64,000 bases of DNA from Chloroflexota bacterium (lineage in GTDB: Bacteria; Chloroflexota; Dehalococcoidia; Dehalococcoidales; JACQON01). Below the pieces are notes generated by a model. That model searched no databases. It saw nothing but the letters and a program-made list of their open reading frames with translations, and had not been told where the DNA came from. This document shows positions 9,621-17,736 of the stretch, piece by piece (position 1 is the first letter of the stretch; each line of letters starts with the position of its first letter). A program made the position numbers and the translations under genes. The stretch lies in assembly GCA_016202545.1 (NCBI GenBank), contig JACQON010000016.1:575-64574 (forward strand), given 5' to 3'.

Positions 9621-10928
9621 GTGCAAATAGAGATTATTAGCGGGCTCCTAGTGTTTGTGGCCATTCTCGTTATGGTAGTACTTGGGATCCAAGTAGGTAT
9701 ATGCCTCGGGGTTATTGGCTTCATCGGGCTGTGGATTTATCGGGGTTTTGAACCGGCCCTAGCCTCTCTGGCGGTGATGCCTTTTGTCGAAATATCTAGC
9801 TACGAGATTTCGATTCTGCCCTTGTTCATCTTAATGGGAGAATTCGGTATGGTTGCCGGGTTGGCCGATGGCGTGTTCGATGCTACCAGGATCTGGTTTG
9901 GGCGTTTACGCGGCAGCCTTGCTTTAGCAATCGTTGCAATGAATACCGCGCTGGCAGCCTGCACCGGATCAAGCATGGCCTCCTGTGTCCTGACAGCGCG
10001 CACCGCCCTGCCATTGGCTGTGAAACATGGCTATAATAAAGAGGTACTCGCTGGCATAACCGCCGTTGCCGGCAGTTTGGCTGTCCTCATACCTCCTAGT
10101 GTTCTCCTGGCCTGGTATTCTATATTGACGGGCGTCTCCATGGGTAAGCTGCTGGTCGCTGGTTTTCTACCTGGAATTTTGTCCGCGTTCATGTATTCTT
10201 TCGTCATCCTATTCATAGGATGGAGGAAACCCGAACTGATGCCTCCCAGTCATAGCCGGCCCCTGCTGGAGAAGATAAAAGTGTTGCCAAGGACTTGGCC
10301 TATACTACTCGTTGTTACCGCTATCTTTGGCGGTCTCTACAGTGGCGTGTTCACCCCTACCGAGGTAGGAGGAGTGGGAGCCCTCCTAGCTCTTGGTCTA
10401 GCCATAGCTCATAACAGAGGAGGGTTGCGCCCAATAAAGGACAGTTTCTGGGCTGCTACCAGAGAAAGCGCCATGATTTTCCTTCTCCTGATAGGGGCTA
10501 CCATTCTTGTGCGTAGCCTAAAGTTGACCGGTATTACTGACACACTCTCGGAAGACATAATTACATTGGAAGTTTCCCGATGGATAAAATTAGCCGTGAT
10601 TTTACTCATGTATTTCATATTGGGATGCTTTATCACGGCGATGCCTTATATGGCACTGACGTTGCCATTTGTTTTTCCTATTATGACATCTCTTGGCTTC
10701 GATGGAATCTGGTTCGGTATCATAGTGGTTAAAATGACTGAAATAGGGTCCATTACCCCACCGGTTGCCTTCAATGTTTTTGCCGTCCATAGCGTGCTTC
10801 CAGAAGTTAAGATTGAGCAAATTTTCAAGAATGCATTGCCTTTTTTAGTTGCTGAGTATGCAATCATAGTCATTTTAACCATTTGGCCGCAGATAGTTCT
10901 TTTCCTCCCCTCAAGGATGACATTCTGA
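9621..10928 (+). CDS. TRAP transporter large permease (DctM family)
   Basis: 435-aa polytopic protein, clearly paralogous to 1214..2512 (FILMGE, GSSMAS, PPSVLL motifs). GTG start. Confidence 0.85.
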   Translation: MQIEIISGLLVFVAILVMVVLGIQVGICLGVIGFIGLWIYRGFEPALASLAVMPFVEISSYEISILPLFILMGEFGMVAGLADGVFDATRIWFGRLRGSLALAIVAMNTALAACTGSSMASCVLTARTALPLAVKHGYNKEVLAGITAVAGSLAVLIPPSVLLAWYSILTGVSMGKLLVAGFLPGILSAFMYSFVILFIGWRKPELMPPSHSRPLLEKIKVLPRTWPILLVVTAIFGGLYSGVFTPTEVGGVGALLALGLAIAHNRGGLRPIKDSFWAATRESAMIFLLLIGATILVRSLKLTGITDTLSEDIITLEVSRWIKLAVILLMYFILGCFITAMPYMALTLPFVFPIMTSLGFDGIWFGIIVVKMTEIGSITPPVAFNVFAVHSVLPEVKIEQIFKNALPFLVAEYAIIVILTIWPQIVLFLPSRMTF

Positions 10929-11023
10929 AGGTATGGTACAACCCCCGGATATGTGACAATTTCAAGCAGAAAACTGTGGTGCCTCGAGGGAATCCCTGGT
11001 GGAAAGTAATAAATGGGAGCAAA

Positions 11024-11596
11024 TTAGACGCCCGAAAGTCGAGGTGATACAAATCCGCCAGATCGGGATTTTCTCCTCCAGGCAGCTCGAAAAGAGAGAT
11101 TTATTACCCAAAATGGTACCAAATTACGGCGAGCTACCCCGATTCTCCTCCAAATTGAGGGTAGGCTATAGAACTCGCGCCAAGCCCAGTCATGCCCCTT
11201 TTTCAGCATCTCGCGTGACATTAGTTTTGGCTCAAAAATGGGGGGGGACTTATACTGTGCCCAGTCTTTGGTGACTATTCGGTCAGCCTTATCTAAGGAC
11301 TCGCGGAAAGCGGTGCCCGGATATGACACAGGCCAGGCAAACTGAGCGCTCTCCAGCCGCATTTTCCGGGCAAAGCGGACAGTGCGTGCGAAAACATCTT
11401 CATCGTCTTCGTCTAAGCCAAGGATAAAGAAACCGTGTATGGCGATGCCTATGAAAACGCTCTGAGGATAGACCCCACCAATGCTATAGCCCTTCGAAAC
11501 TCCACGGCGATCAAAGCCAGAATCAAGTCCTTGCCTAAACAAAGCGTCCAGAAACAGGAGGCTCACAGAAGCTCGAATTAGTCGGTTGGATAACAA
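11024..11596 (-). pseudogene. Remnant (C-terminal part) of a B12-binding-domain/radical SAM family gene
   Basis: Only a C-terminal-like segment is recognisable (FILGLDEDDEDVFARTVRFARKMRLESAQFAWPVSYPGTAF...). There is no CxxxCxxC motif or B12 domain. The frame stops abruptly at the outer edge of repeat module A (11599). Confidence 0.45.
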
Positions 11597-11622
11597 TTGT
11601 CCATTTTGTATGCTAATTAGCA

Positions 11623-11663
11623 GAAAGGCTGGGTATTCTCAGCATACTGATACCCAGCCTTTC
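11623..11663 (-). terminator. Hairpin downstream of the small Zn-ribbon gene (copy A)
   Basis: 14-bp stem GAAAGGCTGGGTAT/ATACCCAGCCTTTC with a 13-nt loop. On the minus strand it is followed by a T-rich stretch. Confidence 0.5.
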
Positions 11664-11691
11664 CAGTAATGGTAGTAACGGTAAACCGGCC

Positions 11692-11832
11692 TTAGCTCTT
11701 CCCGATTCTGAACATCTTAGTACCACATACGGGGCACACACCCTGAGTTGCCGGCTTACCGTTCTTCATAGTTATGCTCCTGGCATTTCTCATCTCCCTT
11801 TTGGTGCGGCACTTCACGCAATATCCTTGCAT
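11692..11832 (-). CDS. 46-aa zinc-ribbon protein (resembles DUF5679-type small proteins), copy A
   Basis: Not in the ORF track because it is shorter than 60 aa. Translation is MQGYCVKCRTKREMRNARSITMKNGKPATQGVCPVCGTKMFRIGKS. It has two CxxC pairs, GGGAGG 6 nt upstream of the ATG, and a hairpin downstream. Confidence 0.6.
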   Translation of the reverse strand: MQGYCVKCRTKREMRNARSITMKNGKPATQGVCPVCGTKMFRIGKS

Positions 11833-11947
11833 CTGTTCACCTCCCTTCTGAGTGGGAACGATACACTATACCGACCAATTCTGTCAATAGCGCGAGGAAC
11901 TTGTTTTAGAGTACAATCGCTTGTTTCGTGTGATTAGACGTAAAAAA

Positions 11948-11979
11948 GGGGACTGGAGTATTACCCCCAGTCCCCTTTT
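11948..11979. terminator. Strong bidirectional-looking hairpin just upstream of the truncated integrase
   Basis: AAAAAA-GGGGACTGG-(10 nt)-CCAGTCCCC-TTTT, with an A-run before and a T-run after. Confidence 0.5.
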
Positions 11980-11988
11980 AGCAATTGA

Positions 11989-12882
11989 GTGAGAAGGAAT
12001 GAGCTAGCTCTTGAGAGCGAAGTCTATGGCGGTCATCACCACCTCAGACCAGCACTCAAACCCGAACACCTGCAAAGGCTCTACACAGCCAAGCTGAATA
12101 GTGGCCTTGCCGCCCGGACCGTAAGGTATCAACACGTCATACTCCACAAAGCACTTGAAACGGCTATGAAGTGGGGATTAGTGGCTCGGAACGTGGCAGA
12201 CGGCGTTGACGTGCCCAGGGCACGCCGGACTGAAATACAGACATGGGACGAAAGCGAAGTCGCTTGCTTCCTCGAAGCTGCCAAAGGCAGTCCTTACTAT
12301 GCCCTATTCTATACTAATCTCTTTACCGGAATGAGGCGCAACGAACTATTAGCTTTGCGCTGGCAAGATATTGACTTCCTGTATGGTCAAATATCCGTAT
12401 CTCGCGGACTACACCACCTTGCAGACGGAAGCTATGTATTCACACAGCCCAAGAGCGTCAAGAGCGGGCGCACCATAGCATTAACGCCGTCAACTAGCTT
12501 GCTACTACAAGAGCATAAGGCAAAAAAGGAGTTTGACCACCGGATGATCGGGATACCTTCACAGGATAGCGACTTGGTATTCAGCACACCGGACGGAAAG
12601 CCCTTGCGCCCGAACACAGTTAGCAGAGCGTGGACGACATTAGCCGCTCGGTGCGGTGTCAAGGTTGTCAGTTTTCACGCTGGACGGCATACGCACGCTT
12701 CCCTACTATTGAGACAGAATGTTCACCCAAAGATAGTCCAGGAGCGTCTGGGACACTCGTCAATAGCGGTAACGCTGGATACTTATAGCCACGTTGCCCC
12801 CGGACTTCAGGAAGCGGCCGCTCAGAAGTTTGACGACATCATCAAACTAGGTCATAATAATGCGGTTGAAAGCATCCGTTAG
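11989..12882 (+). pseudogene. Phage-type tyrosine integrase, apparently 5'-truncated
   Basis: The catalytic domain is intact (GMRRNELLALRW, HAGRHTHASLLL, LGHSSIAVTLDTYSHV). The frame opens inside the core-binding domain (LQRLYTAKLNSGLAARTVRYQHVILHKAL). Roughly 90-100 N-terminal residues expected for this family are missing, and a terminator hairpin sits directly upstream. Confidence 0.6.
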
Positions 12883-12936
12883 CTTTCCGTTAGCTTTTTT
12901 CGTTGCGCGAGTAGTAAAACCCTTAATTTAGCTTTG

Positions 12937-13026
12937 GGAGAGGTGTCCGAGTGGTTGATGGTGCCGCTCTCGAAAAGCGGTCTCTGCGCAAGCGGAGCGT
13001 GGGTTCGAATCCCACCCTCTCCGCCA
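12937..13026 (+). tRNA. tRNA-Ser (anticodon CGA), CCA encoded
   Basis: The cloverleaf was folded by hand. Acceptor GGAGAGG/CCTCTCC, anticodon stem CCGCT/AGCGG with loop CTCGAAA, long variable arm, T-arm GTGGG-TTCGAAT-CCCAC. Confidence 0.9.
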
Positions 13027-13046
13027 AGGGATGCAAAGAGGAATCA

Positions 13047-13925
13047 GTGAAAAGCATAAGATTTAACATGTTGATTCGGATTGGATTCATTACAGCGTCT
13101 TTGATGGGCGACACGAAAGAATTATGCGAAAATTGTCATGCGATGTACTCTCTTTTTAAAGTAGCCAACAAATATGATGTTTATAACGAAAGAAAAGCAA
13201 TTCAAGAACATAAGCGAAAAATGCAGAGATTTATGAAAGAGAAAATTTCGGAAATAAATAGGGAAATTGATTTATATAATGAGAACATGGTAAAAATAAA
13301 TCCAGACCTTACTCTTACACAAATTGAATATTCGAATATAGACAAAGAACTCTCTCATTTCTATAAAACAACAGAAGAAGAGACAAACTCTCAAACAAAA
13401 GAGAGGTTGTTGCCTTATTTGATTAATTCTCTTGATTTGTGGGTTTTCAACAAAGTTAAACAATTGCCAGATAGATTATCTTATGTTAAAGATATAATGG
13501 ATTTAAACGTAGAATCTTTTGGATTAGATGAGATAAAAAGTAAATACCATGAACATCTTTATGAAATTATCGACCTTCACTTAATGGGTTATAGAGCTAC
13601 TTCCCTACTAGTTTTAGGACGGGTTTTTGAAGAAATTATTACAAACTATCTTTTAATACTCAGTAAATATAACAAAATTGACCTTATTGAAAATACTATT
13701 CTTAATATGAGATTTGAAAACAAATTGGGGTTTCTAAAATCGAATGGTTTCGTATCGGAAAAAGATTGGCTGATAATTTCTAAATTAAGGTTTGATAGAA
13801 ATATTGGTGGCCATTTCGTAGATGGCGAGTTAAAACAACAAGCTGAAAAAGAATCTGAATCGACAATTAAGCTTGCTTTTACGCTTATCAATAAATTTGA
13901 TAAAAAACTCGAAACAGTGAATTAA
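13047..13925 (+). CDS. Hypothetical protein with a C-terminal HEPN-like (Rx4H) motif; AT-rich foreign gene
   Basis: Start chosen at GTG 13047, 4 nt after AAGAGGA; ATG 13068 is an alternative. The listed ORF 12951.. would overlap the tRNA. The C-terminal region ...WLIISKLRFDRNIGGHF... fits the HEPN/DUF4145-type R-x4-H motif, and the N-terminal half is coiled-coil-like. GC is about 27-30%. Confidence 0.55.
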   Translation: MKSIRFNMLIRIGFITASLMGDTKELCENCHAMYSLFKVANKYDVYNERKAIQEHKRKMQRFMKEKISEINREIDLYNENMVKINPDLTLTQIEYSNIDKELSHFYKTTEEETNSQTKERLLPYLINSLDLWVFNKVKQLPDRLSYVKDIMDLNVESFGLDEIKSKYHEHLYEIIDLHLMGYRATSLLVLGRVFEEIITNYLLILSKYNKIDLIENTILNMRFENKLGFLKSNGFVSEKDWLIISKLRFDRNIGGHFVDGELKQQAEKESESTIKLAFTLINKFDKKLETVN

Positions 13926-13941
13926 GGTTTTTTGCTTCTGC

Positions 13942-14030
<89 letters not shown>

Positions 14031-14075
14031 CTTTCCTCCCCCGCTTGTATGCGATGATTCCCCACTATGTACCTG

Positions 14076-16415
14076 CTATTTCCTTGTACCTGCTATTTCC
14101 TTCAACAATTTTTCTGCTGCCTGACGCAATGAAACATCGGTGGTTACCTTAATGGCCTTATTGCAGTCAGCAATAGCCAGCTTGTGCCGCTCTTTCACAT
14201 AATAGGCGCCGGCACGCCCTAGATAAGCCGATGCTAACTTAGGCTCAAGCTCAATAGCCTTACCAAAGTCAGCAACAGACATGTCCCACTGCCTTTTGTT
14301 GGCATAAGCCAAGCCGCGAATGCCATAGGCGGTAGCTAACCTGGAGTCAAGCTCAATGGCCTTGTTCAGGTCTGTAATCGCCAGGTCATGCTGCCCTTTC
14401 TCGTTGTAAGCCCAGCCCCGGTTGCTGTACGACACGGCTAACTCAGAATCAAGCTCAATGGCCTTGCTTAAATCCGTAATCGCCAGGTCGTATTGTCCGA
14501 CTTTATTGTAGGCTCCACCCCGGTTGTTATACGCTACAGCTACCTCAGGGGCAAGCTCAATAGCACTGCCATACTCGAAGATAGCCTGCTCACACTGTTT
14601 TTGCTGGATACACGCATCCCCTTGTCTAAGATGCTCCAGGGCAGCTTCCTGGGCCTCCTTGACGTCTCTTCCCATGTTTCCTTCCGCCTCTTTGACTTTC
14701 CTTGCTCCGACAGCCTTATTGGTGCTACCATCCGTGCCTTCCTGAAAGGCTTTTTTCGCTGCTTCAATGATGTCTCCAGCCTCTTTTTCTATTTCCTCAG
14801 CGTGGCCTACCGCCTCCTTAGTTGTTTCCGTCACTGCCTCGCTGGTTTCATTGGCTGTTTTGCCTAGCTCTTCTGCCCGGGTTATGGCTGCCTCTGCTGA
14901 CCTTAGTGCCGCCCCGGCAGCTTCCTCAGTTGTCTTGCTGATTCGCTCTATCTTGCGCAAAGCCTCCTGTGACGCCCTTGCTGCTGCTTCGGCTGCTGCC
15001 ATAGCCGCCTTGCCTGCCTCCTGGGCCCGGCTTACCGCTTCATCTGAGGTCTTTTGCGATGCCGTAGCGGTTTCCCTGGCCGATTTGGCAGTTGCCTCAG
15101 CCCTGCTTGCTGCCTGTTCGAAGGCCTTAGCCGCGGTCTGGGTGGCCTCCTCAGCCGTTTTGACTATCTGCTCCGCCCGTCTTAGTGCCTCTTCAGAGGT
15201 TCTCTTAGACTGCTCAGCCAGCGCCCTCGCTGATTTGCTGGTTTCCTCAGCCCGTTCTACTACCTCCTGGGAAGCCACTGCCGACCTCTGGGCAGCCTCC
15301 TCAGTCGCCTTGCTTATCGTCTCGGCTCTAGCCGCTGCCGCCTGAGATACTCTCGCCGCTGCCTCACCGTCCGCTCCTGCCTTGCTTGCTTCCATGGCCC
15401 GGCTTACCGCTTCTTCTGAGGCTTTTTGTGAGGCAGCGGCGGTTTCCCTGGCTGATTTGGCAGTTGCCTCAGCCCTGCTCGCTGCCTGTTCGAAGGCCTT
15501 AGCCGCGGTCTGGGTGGCCTCCTCAGCCGTTTTGACTATCTGCTCCGCCCGTCTTAGTGCCCCTTCAGAGGTTTTCTTAGACTGTTCCGCCAACGCCCTC
15601 GCCGATTTGCTGGCTTCCTCGGCCCGGTTCACCGCTTCCTGTGATGCTTTCGTTGCTGCCGCAACCGCCTCCTCAGTCGCCTTGCTGATACGTTCAGCTT
15701 TGCGCAGCGCTTCTTCTGATGCTTTCGTTGCTGCCGCAACCGCCTCCTCAGTTGCCTTGCTGATATGTCCCTCCTTGCGCAGCGCTTCTTCTGATGTTTT
15801 CGTTGCTGCCGCAGCCGCCTGATTGACCGATTTGCTTACCGCCTCAACCCTGCTCACTGCCTCTCGTGATGCCCTTGCTGCTGCTTCGGCTGCTGCCGTA
15901 GCCGCCTTGCCTGCCTCCTGGGCCCGACTTACCGCTTCCTCTGAGGCTTTTTGCGATGCCCCCGCGGTTTCCTTGGCTGCCTTGCCTATTCCTTCGGCAT
16001 TGAGTATGGCCTTCTGCGTCAGCTTTACTGAATTATCCGCGGCCTCCTTGGCCGATTTGGCAGTTGCCTCAGCCCTGCTCGCTGCCTGCTCGAAGGCCTT
16101 AGCTGCGGTCTGGGTGGCCTCCTCAGCCGTTTTGATTATCTGCTCCGCCCGTCTTAGTGCCCCTTCAGAGGTTTTCTTAGACTGTTCCGCCAACGCCCTC
16201 GCCGATTTGCTGGCTTCCTCGGCCCGGTTCACCGCTTCCTGTGATGCTCTCGCTGCTGCCGCAGCCGCCTCCTCGGTTGCCTTGCTGATACGCTCCGCCT
16301 TACGGAGGGCCTCTTGCGCCACTTTTATCGCCTTCTCGGCTTCTTTCTGGGCCCTCTCGCCCAGTTGTCTGGCTGCTGCTACATCCTTCCCGGATATATT
16401 ACTGTCGTTTCCCAT
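14076..16415 (-). CDS. 779-aa protein: ~560 aa of Ala/Glu/Lys/Ser/Thr-rich helical repeats fused to C-terminal TPR repeats
   Basis: Long ORF with AGGGAGG upstream of the ATG. The N-terminal part is built of degenerate A-x-E-E-A type motifs, including three near-identical blocks of about 60 aa (RAEEASKSARALAEQSKKTSEGALRRAEQI.KTAEEATQTAAKAFEQAASRAEATAKSA). The C-terminal part has 4-5 TPR units (AYNNRGGAYNKVGQYDLAITDLSKAIELDS...). No signal peptide is visible. Confidence 0.8.
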   Translation of the reverse strand: MGNDSNISGKDVAAARQLGERAQKEAEKAIKVAQEALRKAERISKATEEAAAAAARASQEAVNRAEEASKSARALAEQSKKTSEGALRRAEQIIKTAEEATQTAAKAFEQAASRAEATAKSAKEAADNSVKLTQKAILNAEGIGKAAKETAGASQKASEEAVSRAQEAGKAATAAAEAAARASREAVSRVEAVSKSVNQAAAAATKTSEEALRKEGHISKATEEAVAAATKASEEALRKAERISKATEEAVAAATKASQEAVNRAEEASKSARALAEQSKKTSEGALRRAEQIVKTAEEATQTAAKAFEQAASRAEATAKSARETAAASQKASEEAVSRAMEASKAGADGEAAARVSQAAAARAETISKATEEAAQRSAVASQEVVERAEETSKSARALAEQSKRTSEEALRRAEQIVKTAEEATQTAAKAFEQAASRAEATAKSARETATASQKTSDEAVSRAQEAGKAAMAAAEAAARASQEALRKIERISKTTEEAAGAALRSAEAAITRAEELGKTANETSEAVTETTKEAVGHAEEIEKEAGDIIEAAKKAFQEGTDGSTNKAVGARKVKEAEGNMGRDVKEAQEAALEHLRQGDACIQQKQCEQAIFEYGSAIELAPEVAVAYNNRGGAYNKVGQYDLAITDLSKAIELDSELAVSYSNRGWAYNEKGQHDLAITDLNKAIELDSRLATAYGIRGLAYANKRQWDMSVADFGKAIELEPKLASAYLGRAGAYYVKERHKLAIADCNKAIKVTTDVSLRQAAEKLLKEIAGTRK
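14960..16300 (-). repeat. Long intragenic DNA repeats inside the 779-aa gene
   Basis: About 250 bp at 16050..16300 and 15450..15700 (offset exactly 600 bp) are nearly identical. A third copy lies at about 15080..15270 (offset 372 bp from the second). Roughly 100 bp at 14960..15060 match 15860..15960. A 75-bp (25-aa) tandem unit lies around 15630..15800. Confidence 0.8.
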
Positions 16416-16608
16416 ATCCTTGAACCTCCCTCAGAAAGAAAATGTCTTCTGATAAAGCTGCGGAGTGTAATCTTATTTTTCTCATCACCAATATTGATTG
16501 GTCTATCAGTGCTTTTTAAACATTATACACCCCCAAAGCCTTTTGAGCACTGATTTTCGCCACAAGCTAAATTGTGTTCACCCTCTCCCTGTGCTAGAAT
16601 ACTTGACG

Positions 16609-17730
16609 ATGAGCGACAAAGACATCAAATACTGGGTGGGCTTCAGTTTTATCCCGGGGATTGGCCGCGTCAAGCTGGGCCAGCTTGAGAGCCACTTTGG
16701 CAACCTGAGCGAGGCATGGCAGGCCGCTACGGCTGACCTCAGACACGCCGGGCTGGACAACAACTCGGCGCAGGCCGTCACCACCTGGCGACCCAGAATA
16801 TCCCTGGAAGCGGAGATGGAAAAGATGGAGCGCTGCGGGGTGAAGGCGCTCACCTGGCACGACCAGGACTATCCATCCCGACTCAAGGAAATATATGATT
16901 ACCCGCCCGTAATCTATGTCAGGGGCTCGCTGCTCCCTGAAGATGAATGGTGCCTGGCTGTGGTCGGCACCCGCCGCGCTACCGTCTACGGGAGACAGGT
17001 CGCCGAGGAGATAGTGGCTGACCTGGCCCGTAGCAAAATCACCATCGCCAGCGGCCTGGCCAGGGGTATTGACTCCGTGGCCCACCGCGCCGCCCTGGAC
17101 GCCGGCGGCAGGAGCATCGCCGTTTTTGCCTGCGGGCTGGATATCGTTTACCCCGGTGAGAATGCCGACCTGGCCCGCCAGATTATCCAGCGCGGAGCAC
17201 TGGTCAGCGAATACCCCCTGGGCACCAAGCCAAAAGCTGAGAACTTCCCCCGGCGCAACCGCATCCTGAGCGGGCTTAGCCTGGGGGTCTTAATCATCGA
17301 GGCTGGAGATACCAGCGGCGCCATGATTACCGCCCGCCTGGCACTGGAGCAAAACAGGGAGGTATTTGCCGTCCCGGGAAGCATCCTGTCACCGGCCAGC
17401 CGGGGCACCAACCTCCTCATACAGGAAGGTGCCAAGCTGGTGCGCGACTATGCCGATATTCTTGAGGAGCTAAACCTGACGGCGGTAGCCCACCAGATAG
17501 AGATGAAGGAAATCATACCTTCCTCTGACACCGAAGCCCTGCTGCTGAAGCAGCTCTCCGCCGAGCCGACCCATATCGATGAGGTTTGCCGCTCAACCGG
17601 TCTGCCAGCGCCAACCATCAGCAGCACCCTGGCCATGATGGAGCTAAAGGGCCTGGTAAAGCAGGTAGGGGCCATGAACTACGTCCTGTCCCGTGAAGCG
17701 AGACAGGAATATAAGGTAAAAGTGGACTAG
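16609..17730 (+). CDS. dprA: DNA-processing protein DprA
   Basis: Start moved to ATG 16609 (MSDKDIKYW...). Has the Rossmann-like core GLARGIDSVAHRAAL and a C-terminal winged-helix-like tail. Confidence 0.9.
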   Translation: MSDKDIKYWVGFSFIPGIGRVKLGQLESHFGNLSEAWQAATADLRHAGLDNNSAQAVTTWRPRISLEAEMEKMERCGVKALTWHDQDYPSRLKEIYDYPPVIYVRGSLLPEDEWCLAVVGTRRATVYGRQVAEEIVADLARSKITIASGLARGIDSVAHRAALDAGGRSIAVFACGLDIVYPGENADLARQIIQRGALVSEYPLGTKPKAENFPRRNRILSGLSLGVLIIEAGDTSGAMITARLALEQNREVFAVPGSILSPASRGTNLLIQEGAKLVRDYADILEELNLTAVAHQIEMKEIIPSSDTEALLLKQLSAEPTHIDEVCRSTGLPAPTISSTLAMMELKGLVKQVGAMNYVLSREARQEYKVKVD

Positions 17731-17736
17731 AAAACA

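Larger units (their letters stand above)
11599..11890 (-). repeat. Copy A of a ~292-bp module (promoter region + 46-aa Zn-ribbon gene + hairpin), inverted relative to copy B at 45676..45967
   Basis: Manual alignment of the reverse complement of 11599..11890 with 45676..45967 gave 10 mismatches and no gaps. Weaker, gapped similarity continues about 40 bp further inward. Confidence 0.85.

Noticed and set aside
12951-13046. N-terminal extension of the AT-rich ORF (listed as 12951..13925) and the minus-strand ORF 12923..13114
   Set aside because: Both run through tRNA-Ser(CGA) at 12937..13026. A GTG with a good AAGAGGA SD at 13047 gives a start outside the tRNA.
14493-16452. Series of plus-strand ORFs (124, 73, 192, 146 and 209 aa) opposite the 779-aa repeat gene
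   Set aside because: They are antisense shadows of an Ala-rich (GCN) repetitive gene. Their products are Ala/Ser/Leu low-complexity strings that mirror the same repeats, and they lack SD sequences. The minus-strand ORF is continuous, has an SD and ends in bona fide TPR repeats.
16581-16592. 10-nt match (CACCCTCTCC) to the tRNA-Ser 3' end between the repeat-protein gene and dprA, which could mark an old att site making the 779-aa gene an insertion
   Set aside because: It is too short to distinguish from chance. There is no integrase and no compositional break that I can see.
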